A program made the position numbers and the translations under genes. Positions 1-13,178 of a stretch of 64,000 nt of DNA are shown one piece after another. Each line of letters opens with the position of its first letter. Positions within the stretch are counted from its first letter, which is position 1. Source of the stretch: Octopus vulgaris (Eukaryota); the NCBI GenBank assembly GCA_951406725.2, contig OX597838.1, forward strand, positions 15,624,001-15,688,000, written 5' to 3'. The notes beneath the pieces were generated by a model. That model had not been told where the DNA came from, did no database searches, and saw only the letters and a list, made by a program, of their open reading frames with translations.

Positions 1-848
1 TAACTTCTTTTGGTTCTTAGGCCTGTCCTACTAAGCCATACATAGGTAACACAATGCTGCACTGGTGGGGGAGATTATGCTCCGTTACCATTGTAAGCAC
101 TTTTTAATAGATAGGTATCTTGTTGGTTTCCACTTAAGGGAAGCAGTATGTCTAGATAAAAGATACGGTGGCAGTAGAGGAGAGGTGAACCCTTCTCCCT
201 CTCTACCCTACTTTCCTCTTTGAATCAATGTACCAATACATTGTTTTAGCTACAGGTCAACTCTAATTGAGCTGATCTTATAATCAAAATTGTTCCTGCC
301 ATGACCATCCTCTCTTTACATGGCAATGTATGATGATTGTGTTGTTTAATTAGTCATAGCCATGTTGGTTTCCTGATCACATGGTTTTGGGTTCTATCTC
401 ACTGCTTGGCACCTTGCTACAAGAGCTATGCTTTGACCAAAGCCTTGTGAGTGATAGAAACTGAAAACAGCCCATTGCATGTGTGCATATGTATATGTAC
501 ACACATACCATCATCATGTGTGTAAGTTCAAGAGATATTTGGTCACTATTTCTAGCAGGTCAAGCAAACACAGAAAAAGCATCTCACACTGACTCATGAC
601 ATCTACAGGGCAGTGTAATGTGGTGGGGTTTGGTACACTAAGATCAATTGACTGAAACTTTTGAAAAATTTAGATGATGTAAATGGGTAAGGATCTGGTT
701 TTTAAAAGCCAACTAGTTTTGCATTAAGACATTACAATAGGGATAACAAAAAAGAAATTAAAAAAATTCACTGTTGTTGGATACCAATTCCACAAGGAGA
801 AAAAAAAGAACTTAAAGAATTGGTGTAAAAAAAAAAAAAAAACTTCAT

Positions 849-1018
849 TTAACCCTTTAGCATTCAGATTACCCCGTCAAATGTAATGCTTATTTATTCA
901 CATAGTTTTGAATTAATTATGCATTATTTTGGAGCTTTGAGATTTCAATGATGTGATTATTTTGAAAATGATTTTGTAGAGCAAGTATCAGAAGCCAGGT
1001 TAAATGCTTATGGGTTGA
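849..1018. mobile_element. TTAA-type (piggyBac-like) MITE
   Basis: TTAACCCTTTAGCATT...AATGCTTATGGGTTGA termini. A homologous copy in reverse orientation lies at about 25670-25863. Confidence 0.55.
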
Positions 1019-1079
1019 AGGGTACTTACAAAATACTGATTTATACAATAGCTTGATTTTTTTACTATACGTTGTTCTT

Positions 1080-1112
<33 letters not shown>

Positions 1113-4100
1113 AGGAAGAAGACGAAGGAGAGAGAGGGAGAGAGAGAGAGAAAGAGAGAGTAAATGTCGCCAAGTGTTATGTGAAAGGAGAAGGGCCATC
1201 ATCTGACATGCATCATATGGTCGTGTTGGTTTATTGCTTTTTTTTTCCTTGAAGTTATGAAATGAATAAAGTTACTTTTTATTTTATCATTTTGTTTTCA
1301 GTCATAGATGTTTAAAAAGGACTATTTTTTTTGGTCTAACTGTACTTTCAAGTTGCTTTGTTCTGTTTGTTTCTGTTTCAACAAACATCGTTAAGTTATA
1401 TATTTCAATTTTTTATTTTATTTAATTTTGTTTGATTAGAGTAAATTTTGCATGTATGTGCCTGGCCATATGAATAGGTGCCTTTTTTTTTGCTTTTTAC
1501 TATTTAAAGTCTTTACCAGTTGTCTGTCTATATTGGTTTTGTACATGTGTATGATTGATCAAAGCTTGAAAGGGTTTTACACTTTTGTTCAAAGTATAAA
1601 AAAAAGCTATAACTTAAAATTTAAAAAGGGATTAAAACTTCAGCAATTTCAGTAATATTCTAAAAAAAATCTCAAAATAAGATAAGAGCACTGAAACAGA
1701 TAAAATGTTCATTTTAATATATACATATACACATATGTACACACACATATACATGTGTATTGTTTTATATAAAATTTTAAGAATTAAAAAATATTTTAAA
1801 AATCATTTTGAAAACCCCTCTCAAGAGACATACATATATATTGCGCACAAAAAAATGAAAAGCGTTGAACAAATAAACACTGAAACAAAAAAAACAAAAA
1901 AGGGAAAATATTTGAAGTATTTGCTATTTCCTTGTTTGTATATTAAGATGATGATGATGGTGGCAGCCATAGTTCTGGGAGTGGGGGAATAGTTGCGATC
2001 TTCATATCAATAAATAACATTATCAAGGTAGTGACCTAATAGAATCATTAGAGCAACAGACAAAATGCCATGTAGTATTTCCTCTAGCTCTTTGAGTTTA
2101 GAGTTCTAATCCTGCTGAGGTCAACTTTGACTTTCATCCCTCTAAGACAACAAAATTAACCTTTAGCACACTGTAGATGCATCATGTTAACGTGTGAATT
2201 TTCTTCCCTCTCAATGAGACACAATGCACCTGCAGCTAGATGAGAAAACTTGTACAGTGCCATTATGTGCCTAAGCATGTTAAAAGTTTAAAGGGTAAAG
2301 GTGAAAACCCACCTTAGTCATGAATGATCATGGGATTGCACCTAGAAAGTTCCCTTCCAAGGCATAAGTCTGGGCAAGGTTGTTTAGGGAAGACCAGTAG
2401 TCACACATGCATACCAGCCTCCCCTCTGCATGCCACTGATATTATCCAAAGGCTGATACAGCTTGGCACCAATGACATTGCAACTCATTTCTATCACTGG
2501 GTGAACTGGAGACATGTGAAATAAAGTGTCTTGCTCAAGAACACAACACACAGCCTGGCCCAGGAATCAAACTCACTACCTCATGATTGTGAGCATTTTG
2601 CTCTAACCACTGAGCCAGGCACCTTCTAAAAGTTAAGTACCAGGCAAGTACTGGGGTCGATATAATTAACTTTTCCCTTCCCCTCAAAAATTGCTGGCCT
2701 TGTACCAATATTAGAATTATTATTATTATTATTACTAATTTCTTACACTATGTCACAAATCTCAGGGAAACTGAATGTGGTGCATAAAATTGATTGTAGA
2801 CTGATACCCCTGCCTCCAAATGAAGGAGCAAAATTCCTATTTCATATCCTGCTATAGGGTGGGTTGGTAAAATAAAGTACCAATTATATAATGGTATCAA
2901 ATATGTTCCTTCCAACAAACTTCTAGGCTTCGTGCTAATGTCAGAAACATTATTATTACTATCAAATTCTGCTGGGGTCAACTTTGCCTTTCATCCTTTT
3001 GGAATTGATAAAATAAATACCAGTTGAGTTCTGGGTTCAATGTAATCAATTTACCCCCTTTCCTGAAAATGCTATGCTTGTGCCAAAATTTGAAGCCATT
3101 ATTATTCTCATTAAAATGGTAAGCTGGTAGAGTTGTTAGGGTATTAGAAGAAATTCTTTGTAATATTTCTCCTGTTCTACATTCTGAGTTCAAATCCAAC
3201 TGAGGCCAACTTTACTTTCCATGCTTCCAGTCCCAAGAAAGTGAAGTACCAGAGTTGATGTTATCCTCTCACCTCAGAATTCCTGTCCTTGCGTCTAAGT
3301 CAGAAACCATTTATTATTATTAAGGTAGCAAGCTGGCAAAATTGTTTGAGCTTTGGTAAGTGCTTTGCAATTTTGCCTTCTTTCCGTCTTTCATCAATAA
3401 ACTAAAGTACCAGTCAAGTACTGGGATCAATGCTATTGACTAACCCACATATCTTCTGAATTACTGGCCTTGTACCAAAATCAAAAATATTTATTATAAA
3501 GAAATATTTTGCTTTAGTGGCATCAGGTAATTGTTGAATAATGCATGTGTGTACATGTGTAAATGAGAATGTGAATTTGTGCATCATCATCATTTCATTT
3601 AGCTGCTGCTTTCCATGCTGATATGGGTTAGATATGGTTTCCATACTAATATGGGTTTGACACAAAATAGTAAGCTGGAGAGCTGTGTAAGGTTCCAATA
3701 TAATTTGGCATGGTTTCTATGACTGGATGCCCTTCCCAATGCCAACCACTCCAAGAGTGTAATGGGTACCTTTTATGTGCTACCAGCACAGGTGCCAGTT
3801 ATGTGATGCCAGCATTGGACACAACTACAATTTCACTTGGCTTGACAAGTCTTCTCAAGCATTGCATATTGCCAAAGGCCTTGGTCACTTATCATTGCCT
3901 CTGTGGGGTCCACCATTTGAAAGGTGCTTTTTATGTGCCACTGGCATGGATGCCTGTTATGTGACACTGGCATGGCTAATATATTTGGTATTTTTAATAA
4001 TTTCCACAACTCCTCAGGTATTACACCTAGATGATGGTTATAGTGTTTTCCATTGCATTTTATAACAACTAAATAGTCCTCAATTGTACAGAGGCTAGTT

Positions 4101-4871
4101 TGTGTATGTGTAGGAAGTGATTTTAGGTGATAAATCAACTTTAACCCCAGTACATTTCTGGTACTACATTTTAATCAACTCCAGTAAGACTTGAATGCAG
4201 GACTCTAACCACATTCTATAATTCCCCAAACTATTCCAATTCTCCTAATATTTTTAGCAATGAACACAAGGCCCCGAATATTTGGGGAAATTGTATAATC
4301 AATTAGATGGGCTCCAGGTACTTGACTGATACTAATTCTTTTACTAACTCCAAGAATGACCAAGAGCAATGTTGAGTCAAGTAGGATTTGAAGCCTGAAA
4401 TCCCAGTGCTTCTGCTCTTCTGTTTCATTAATAGAAGACCTGAAACCCCATCATAGAACGTTTGCATGATGTATATAATTAAGGTACAGAAATGTCTGCC
4501 ATACTCCAGAATGTAAAGATCAAATACTAAGAATGTTAAGATCTAGAACAAATTCCACAAAATATTTTGTTTGATACTCTAAAAATTCTACTCGTCGATA
4601 GCTTTCCATAGGAATTTTGATTTATCAACCTAAAAAGGCTGAAAAACTAAGTTAAACCAAGTCTTTCATAACTCCATTCATAGCTAATATGCTTTATAAG
4701 AATATTAAATCAATAACCTAGTATTTGATTGGTATTTTTTAGTTTGATCGAATGAAAGGGAAACATGATCTTGGCAAGATTGAACTCGGAAAATAAATAG
4801 CTAGAACAAATGCTGTAGAGTTTTTTTAATGTAATATGTGAACAAAACATAGCCAATCCATTGCTCTAGAC

Positions 4872-5190
4872 CAGGGTTCAGCAAAGCAGGGTAAATTATC
4901 CCAAGTGGGGTAAAAATGAAATTCTTGGGGGTAATGAAGACTCATATAAGTAAAATTATATAAAAAAATATGTTCTTTGTTACCACAGGAATTTTTCTTC
5001 TGGCAGCACTGCATCTGTCCAAAGTAGTGGACATGTAAATAGATTCATATAAATAGATTCGATAAAATAGATTCAATAAACCTTTTGAATTCAAAGAATC
5101 TATGATTTTCTTCTTTTCAAATCGAGTGGGTAATGTCAGCATAAATAAATATATTTTGAGGCAATTGGTTAAAAAGGTTCCCCAACCCTG
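4872..5190. mobile_element. hAT (Charlie-like) MITE
   Basis: CAGGGTT...AACCCTG termini with an 8-bp target duplication ctctagac/ttctagac. Confidence 0.7.
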
Positions 5191-5397
5191 TTCTAGACTG
5201 TCACTTTATTCCACAAACTTTGGAAGGATGAAAGGCAAATGTAACTTCATGAGGATATGAACTCAGAATGGAAAGAGCAACAGCATACAATGTAATTTGT
5301 GCTATGCTACCCCTTTTAAAATGATAAAACTAAATATTTCTTAATTCATCTAGCTTGACTATCTGCTTTCCCTGCCACAACACCACAGAGATGAGGA

Positions 5398-5429
<32 letters not shown>

Positions 5430-6706
5430 TTCTTACATAAGCAGAAGGTCAGAAATCTGGGGTGAGGAAGAATTAGCTGATTAAATGGATCCCAGAACCT
5501 GACTGCTAATTTATTATATGGACCTTTGAAGAACAACAAAAGGCAAAAAGTTAACCTTGCCATGGCAGGATTTTAACACAGAAGATACAGAGTTATGAGA
5601 TACAAAGGATTTTGTCAAATACTCTAATGATTCCACCAATCCACTCCTAATCTAGGCTTAAGGCCACAATTTTTTTTTTGTTTTTGTTTTTTTGAAGAAT
5701 TGTAGAATAACTGATTACATAAAGCCCAGAATTTGAAGAATACAAACACGAAGATATATTACTGAAACTCACACTTCGAGCCTGCACTAGAAGGATGACC
5801 ACATGATAGAATTACAATTCAGAACATTAAATTACAAAGATAACGTTTATCAAACACTTTGTTCTGACACAATTGCTCCTGCCCTAGAGATGAAGGTGAT
5901 GATGATAATCCTAATTTTGGTAACATATATTAGATTTTTAAAAATGTGACAAAGAAAGCCACAATTGCGGTCCAGTAGCAGTGGAAGGACATTGTCAGTT
6001 GGTAAGGATTATAAACAGACCGGTTCAAATACTAGATATTGCACCCACCCGTATCATTTTCATATAGGGATATTACATCATATATATATAGGAGACACAC
6101 ACACATCTATGCACGAGTGTGTATGTGTGTGTATATATATATATATATGCACGTGTGTGTATGTATATATACATACACACACATACGTACATACAAACAC
6201 ACATATACACCTTTTTCATGTTATAGTTATTACACACACACACACACACACATTTATGTGACAATTATCATACACACACATTATATATATTATATATATA
6301 TAAGAGTAGTGGTTGCTTAGGTGGTAGTAACAGTAGATTACATAAACATACCACATTTGTTAGCTAATAGGTTAAACAAAATTTACAAATAATTTTCATA
6401 CATTTAATATATTTAATATAGGGATACATTCTATATTTGTAACTTATCCACATTACATGCATACAGCACAAATGTAAGTATATATCACATACAAATATGC
6501 ATAAGGTTATGAGTGTGTGTATATGTGCATGTATGCACATATATGGTTATTTATATGCGACTGTATCTATATACAAATGTGTGTATGCATGTACATGTGT
6601 ATGTGTACATGAGTCTGTATGTGTGTGTTTATATATATATACACACACACATTCAAACATACATGTACAAAAGTATCTATATGCATGTAGATACAAAAAC
6701 ACTTAA

Positions 6707-6739
<33 letters not shown>

Positions 6740-7078
6740 TATATATTTCTATATACAAGTTTGTTTTTATATATTTGTATACTCATGTTTCTATGTATGT
6801 GCTACTTTTTATGCACATATGTAACAAAATATACACATAAAAATACAGAAAAGGAAATGCATTTTTCTAAAATTTCAACACTCATTATTTGACTGTGATG
6901 GTGTTAAACCATGCTGTGTTATGATAGTTCACTGCTGTATTGTATTGTGACTATACAATTTTGTTTATAGTCTTGTGAGTTTTTTGTGTTGGCTCCTCTG
7001 TTTTTTGCTTTTTTCACCACCTCCTTTTGTCTCATTCTTCCTTCAGTCATCATCATTGCCATCATTGTGATGCATGCA

Positions 7079-7263
7079 TTATCTTTGTCTTCGGTTGATT
7101 TGTATTCTAAATGGATGAGGCATATTGGTGATGCCAAACACCCCTTTCAGAGGTGGTAACTCATCACCAGCTGCACATGTGAAAGTAAACTGTTGCAACA
7201 TTCCAGACAGGAAAAGGAACAACTCTGATTTGGCCAGTGGTTCTCCGAGACAGCTTCGTTTAC
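7079..7263 (-). CDS. CYP2-like P450, terminal coding exon 4 (heme-binding Cys)
   Basis: TTTGTAG| acceptor completes FFVG-KRSCLGEPLA (FxxGxRxCxG), followed by ELFLFLSGMLQQFTF and a TAA stop. Total CDS is 1662 nt. Confidence 0.96.
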
Positions 7264-8134
7264 CTACAAAGAACATAAAGATAATGCTGTTATTAAGAAA
7301 TCATCGTTATACCTATTATTATATTACATTATTATTAAGGTGGCAAGCCTGCAGAAATGTTAGCATGCAAGGCAAAATGCTTAGTGACATTTTGTCCAGC
7401 CTTACATTCTGAGTTCAGATTCTGCTCAGATCAACTTTGCCTTTCATCTTTTCGGGGTCGATGAAATATGTACTGGGGTTGATGTAATCAACTAGGCCCT
7501 CCCCACAAAATTCAGGACTTGTGCTTGTAGTAGGAAGGATTATTATTAATGTTATTATTTCAACATAGGTTTGTAAGTTGATGTGTGTTTAACACCTCGA
7601 TATTTGGCTGTGATGGTGTTTAACCATGCTATGTTTTGGCAGTACACTGTTGTATTGTATTGTGACTGAGCAGCTTTGTTTGTAGTCTTCCAGCAAGTTT
7701 TTTTGGTGGTTCCTCCTCTTCCTTTTGTTTATCATTATAGCAAATATTCTGGTCACTACCACAGATTTGCCTGTTGGTTGCTTGATCTTAACCACTTGAG
7801 CATGTCCCTTAGTGGCTGACAATATGTGCATCTCTGGTCATGAGCAGAAGTAATGGGGGAGCATCATAACCATGTGTTGAGAGGGATTCTTTGGGGGTTT
7901 GAGAATGTAACAAAAGCAAAGTTTGAAGAAAATATTAGTTACTTTTTCATACTTTCTAGGGGTAAGCAAATAGGAAATAACAGTTGCTACCCAAGGACAA
8001 AAACTGTGTTACACAGTGCATTTGTTGATACCTCAACCACAATCCAATAAAACCCAACAAACACTAAATATCAATCAAAACAAGGTTTCAAAATAAAGAA
8101 AAAGCATGATTGAAACTCGAAAATATCAACTTAC

Positions 8135-8578
8135 CCACAAAAAATGGTATAAAGGCTGATGGCGTTTCGTTTTTGCCCTTTGTTTCTGATAAAAATCGTT
8201 CAGGTCGGAAATTTTCTGGATCACCCCAGATTTCTTTGTCTGTCATTACTGAACCAAGATTGGGGATGATAATGGCCTCTTTTGGAATCGTGTATCCACC
8301 AAATGTAATGTCTTTTGGTGTCTGCCGTCCAAGTAACAGCTGGACAACGTTGCCTCGTCGCTGAATTTCCATTACAGATGCATCAAGATATGGTAGACGA
8401 GACCTGTCGTTGAGTGAAGGCAGACGATCGTGTTCTACATTTTCGTCAATTTCTGCTTGAATCCGTTTCTGGACATCAGGATAGTGCAACATATAGACAA
8501 GGGCCCACAAGATTGTTGATGTGGTGGTCTCTGTGCCAGCTATTAGAAGGTCACCAATTACTTTACACAGCTGTTCTT
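8135..8578 (-). CDS. CYP2-like P450, coding exon 3
   Basis: Poly-T plus TGCAG| acceptor. Contains I-helix AGTETT, K-helix EIQR (ExxR), FRPERF and PFFV. Donor GTG G|GTAAGT. 444 bp. Confidence 0.97.
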
Positions 8579-9549
8579 CTGCAATATACAAAAAAAAATA
8601 ATGTAAGTAGGAAGACTATTAGGTGTAGATAGAAAGAATTTCAACTGACGGGAGTGAGAGAGGGAGAGATGTAGTCACAGGCGTGGCTGTGTGGTAAGAA
8701 GTTTGTTTCTCGGCCTCATGGTTCTGGGTTCAGTCCCACTGCGTGGTACCTACTCTAGCTTCAGACCGACCAAAGCCTTGCGGGTGGATTTGGTACAGGG
8801 AAACTGAAGGAGCTAGTCATGTACATGTGTGCATCTCACGACCGCTTGACAACTGGTGTTGGTGTGTTTACACTCCCGTAACTTAGCGGTTTGGCAAAAG
8901 AAACCAATAAAGTACCAAGCTTTAAAAAAAAAAAGTACTGGGATCAATTCGTACGACTAAAATTTTACAAGGCGGTGCCCCAGCATGGCACAGTCAAAAT
9001 AATTGAAACAATATAGTCTTTTCTTTTATTCTTTTACTTGTTTCAGTAATTTGACTGCGGCCATGCTGGAGCACCGCCTTTAGTCGAGCAAATCGACTCC
9101 AAGACATTCTTTGTAAGCCTAGTACTTATTCTATTAGTCTCGTTTACCGAACGGCTAAGTTACAGGGACGTAAACACACCAGCATCGGTTGTCAAGCGAA
9201 GTTGGAGGACAAACAGACACACAAACATGTATATCATAAACAGTGCAGAGAAGGAGAGTAATGTGGTGGGTGTTTTAACCTAGTATATGTGTACATGTTA
9301 TGCAGTGGTTAAACATTTTCCGATGTAGAACTCAATGCAGAATGTGTGTGTGTGTGTGTGCTTATTTAACGGTGTCTTGGCGACTACTGAGAGACAAGCG
9401 CGTGTGTCTATGTGTGTGTACGCATGAGTCCATATGTAAGTAAAAAAAAATTTAAAGATTGAAATAACGGAACAGATTACTAAAATATACTTGACTTTGT
9501 GGTTAGTAGTAGTTGTAGTACCTAATCACCTTAGAGTACACTACCACCG

Positions 9550-9586
<37 letters not shown>

Positions 9587-11203
9587 TTGCCCAAGCCCTA
9601 CGTCACCTACACATACCCTCCATCAAACCATCTCACATTACCAACCCACCACCACACATATATAACCCCGACCATACTCACATTTACAAATGAAACTTCT
9701 AAACTTCCTTAACCAGCAAGGTCTCCCCCACTCACCCTCCCACGTACATATACCTCCTTCCTCTAAATACAGATTAATCAAAAAAAGGAAGAAAAAAAAG
9801 GAAAAAAATTTTCGGTGTGGCGGAGGCGGAACACTGGGAGGAAAAAAGAAGGAGAATTGGAAGAAGTTTTCCGGTGTAATGGTCAGTCAATTTGGCTGGA
9901 GTGTGCATGTACTTAAGAGTGGAGCAGCGGATGTTTGACTGACCCCCCCCCACTCTGGACACTCACACGTTTAAATACAACCTATCAGCTTGTTTCGTTT
10001 GAAGCAAAAACTCAAGACTAAGTGTATGTATGTATGTATGTATGTGTATTTATGTGTATGGAGGTCATTTAATTTGACCACATGACCAGCACTGTCCTAA
10101 TTACGAAGAATTTGGTTCAATGTTTTTTAAAGGGGGAAGTGGAAGGCGAAAGAAGAGGTAGCGATGTGGGGGTAGATAGAATTAGAGAAATTGGGTTAAT
10201 ATTTCATCTCAAGGATTGCTTCCTGACAGTTCTACCTCCTTTTTTAAGGGGGAGGAAGGGTGGTAATTGGCGGTGGCGGTGGTTTGTGTGTTGTGGGGGG
10301 GTGGGGGTGTTGAGCATGATGTTTATACATGAGTATACATACAAAGATACGTACATACTAAAATACGCACACACGTGATACACGGATATACATATAGATA
10401 TATATACATACATACAAATATACGTAAATACATATACGCACAGAGATACATACGATGCACACATACACACACACAATGCGTACGTATGTTTTAAGTGCGC
10501 TAGATCTTTTTTCATTTGGGTGGTTATGTGCAGTGGAGTAGAATGTATTCATAATCCTATCCCACACAAACTATGTAAGGGTGAGGTTTGAATGTGTGTG
10601 AGTGTGTATGCAGAATAAGTAGTGCAGAGCGAATATAAATATTCCAGCGGTAATATTAATTAAGCAGTACTATTCAAGCTTATGAATGGACTTAAATCAA
10701 CATTTCTCACACAGATATACTATTTTTGCTTTACTATTACGACCTCAACACACACACACGGTGCATTACAGAATGCAATGATAATGTAGTTTGTAATATC
10801 AAATAAAGTTTTTTGAAATGTTACCTAAGAGATATTTAAATAGTTCTGATAGTTCAAGAAAAATTCCCCCTGCCAAAAAAAAAAATTAAACAGAACGAGA
10901 GGCTGATACAGAAATACGTTCACTGGGTTAGCATGCCGCAGAGTGCCAGCCTTAGGTATATTTTCCTTTTTAAAACTGCTGGGCGTACTAAGGTGTCCAT
11001 TTGCTTTAAATATCCTAATTGCTATTTCATTATTTTAGATTCACCCAAGGCGACGCACTGGCAAAATCATTAGCGCATCGGACAAAATACTTCGCAGCAC
11101 TTCTTCCGACTCATTACCTTCTAAGTTCATTTTCTGCCGAGGTCGACTTTGCCTAATTCACGCGGGGTCAATAAAACAACAGTTTAGAACTGGAGTCGAT
11201 GGA

Positions 11204-11285
11204 GGTAAAGAATACGCACACCGCCCGTTTTTGGCGTAGCTCTAACCCTAAACGCCGAAAATGAGTGGGACGCGTATTCTTTACC
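11204..11285. mobile_element. Short fold-back element inserted in a SINE
   Basis: Perfect 14-bp terminal inverted repeat GGTAAAGAATACGC, inner TTTTGGCGT/ACGCCGAAA, central TAACCCTAA. Flanked by a CTGGAGTC(G/A)ATG duplication. Confidence 0.65.
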
Positions 11286-12194
11286 GTCGCTCTGGAGTCA
11301 ATGTAAAGGACTTACCCCTCCCCAAATATTGGTAGCCTTGTACCAAAATTTAAAATCATTATTTTAAACTCACTTAAGGCGGTCAGCTGGAAGAATCGTT
11401 AGTGCGTCGGACAAAATGCATAGCAGTATTTCTTCCGACTCTTTACGTTCGGGGTTGATAAAATAAGCTCCAGTCGAGTAGTGGGGTCGATGTAATTGAC
11501 TATCCCCCTCCCCCAAATTTCTGGCCTTGTGCCTTTGGTAAGAAAGGATTATTATTATAAAGCAGCAAACTGGTTGAACCATTAGTGTGTTGGACAAAAT
11601 GCCTTAACAGCATTTATTTCTTCTAAGCTCTTTATGTTCTGAGCTCACCTTTAACTTTAACCCTTTCAGGATCGGTAAAATAAAGTACCAGTCAAGCACT
11701 GGGGTGGAATGTAATCGACGAAACCCGTCCCCTTAAAACTGCTGGCTTTGTGCCAAATTTTGAAACCATTTTAGCTAAAAAGGTTTTTTAATGGTTGAGA
11801 ACCACTGACAGTTTAGAGTCTATGGGCCCCTTTCCTTTGATCCCTATTTTACTCTATTGGACCTTCATAGCCATTTAATGTTTAAAATATCCTATTACAT
11901 TTTTATAATTAAATATCATTAGGAATTATATAAAAATATAGAAATATTTTGTGTATAATAGAAGTATAACTAATTTATTGCACAAATTTTAAGAGCAAAA
12001 TTAATGGTACCTGGTTGAGATTCACTGCTCTAAGGAAATATTAAATTGTTTTTATAACTACATTACGCAATGCCTTCTATAACAGTTTTCTGTATATATT
12101 TGCAATGCTTCCAGCAAACTACAATATTTGTATGATTAACCTCAACCAATTATTTTTGTTTTAGAAAAAAAGGGTTTCTTTTTGTGTTATTTAC

Positions 12195-12716
12195 CATTTA
12201 GTGATGTATCGGGATCCGTTTTTTCTCTCTGTTTCATCTCTTTGATGTAAGCATCGATGAAGTCTTTGATGTTTGTTTCTTCGTATTCTCTCATGTGGTC
12301 GGTGACGGCAGTCGACAGGAATTCCTCCATGTTTTCAATGTTCTTGAAAATCTTTTTGAATTTGAACGGATCGCCGGGCAAATGTTCCAGCATGGGGAAA
12401 AAGTTAACGATGGCGCTCAGACCAATGTTCTTGAAGTTCTCATCGATACCGTGGACGTATTTCTTAAACTGTGGGTTGTCGTAATCGAACCTGCGACCGA
12501 ACATAAGTGAACAAATCACGTTGGCCACCGCTGTCTGCACCAAATCATGAGCATCGAACGGCGTATTCACGTTGCTATCCAGCGCCTTGACAAAAGCTGT
12601 CACTTCCTCGTGCATTCGATCCTCCATGCTGTGCTGACCGAGACCAAGATCTTTGAGCACCCGCAGCGTCAACTTCCGTTGTTCTCGCCAAGTCAGGCCA
12701 TTCGTACATACAATAC
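12195..12716 (-). CDS. CYP2-like P450, coding exon 2
   Basis: TTTTCAG| acceptor, then (G)IVCTNGLTWREQRKLTLR (C-helix WxxxR), AVANVICSLMFGRRFDY, DFIDAYIKEM. Donor AAT G|GTAAAT. 522 bp, phase 1/1, in frame with exons 1 and 3. Confidence 0.96.
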
Positions 12717-12952
12717 CTGAAAATTGTTAAAAAGAAAGCATAAAACGAATGTAAATGAATAATGACAAAAATATTTGCATTTATATTGAACAAGGTCTGC
12801 ATAGTATATTAAATTATGAAAACATTAATGGGTTTGTTTCCATAATGGATGTGCATGGACATGACCAGCCAGTGTAAGACAAAGATCAGTGCATTAACAG
12901 GTGGCTTCGACTTGTAGTTATCAGTAAGAACTTTGGCCCTATGCCCACAATA

Positions 12953-13178
12953 TACGAGGGGTGCTGAAAAGTGTACGAGCGGGTGTTTTACGGGTGTCGT
13001 CAAAGGCCTGGTTGGAGGCCCAACCTTTCAAGTTCTTTTACAGGGCTTAGAAAAACTGAAGGACTGCTGCAATAAGTGTATGAATCTGAGAGGAGAATAT
13101 GTTGAATAAAATCATAATTAACTGATCCTCCAGTATTTTCTTTTACTCAAAGCCAAGAATTTTTCAGCAACCCTCGTA
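12953..13178 (+). mobile_element. Mariner-derived MITE
   Basis: TIRs taCGAGGGGTGCTGAAAA and TTTTCAGCAACCCTCGta. Internal GLEKLKDCCNKCMNLRGEYVE* is a mariner transposase C-terminus. Confidence 0.85.

Noticed and set aside
7264-7276. Intron 3 end encodes FFV like the end of exon 3, hinting at intron gain by duplication
   Set aside because: TTCTTTGTAG is an ordinary pyrimidine acceptor, and an intron in the PFxxG codon is a widely conserved CYP2 position.
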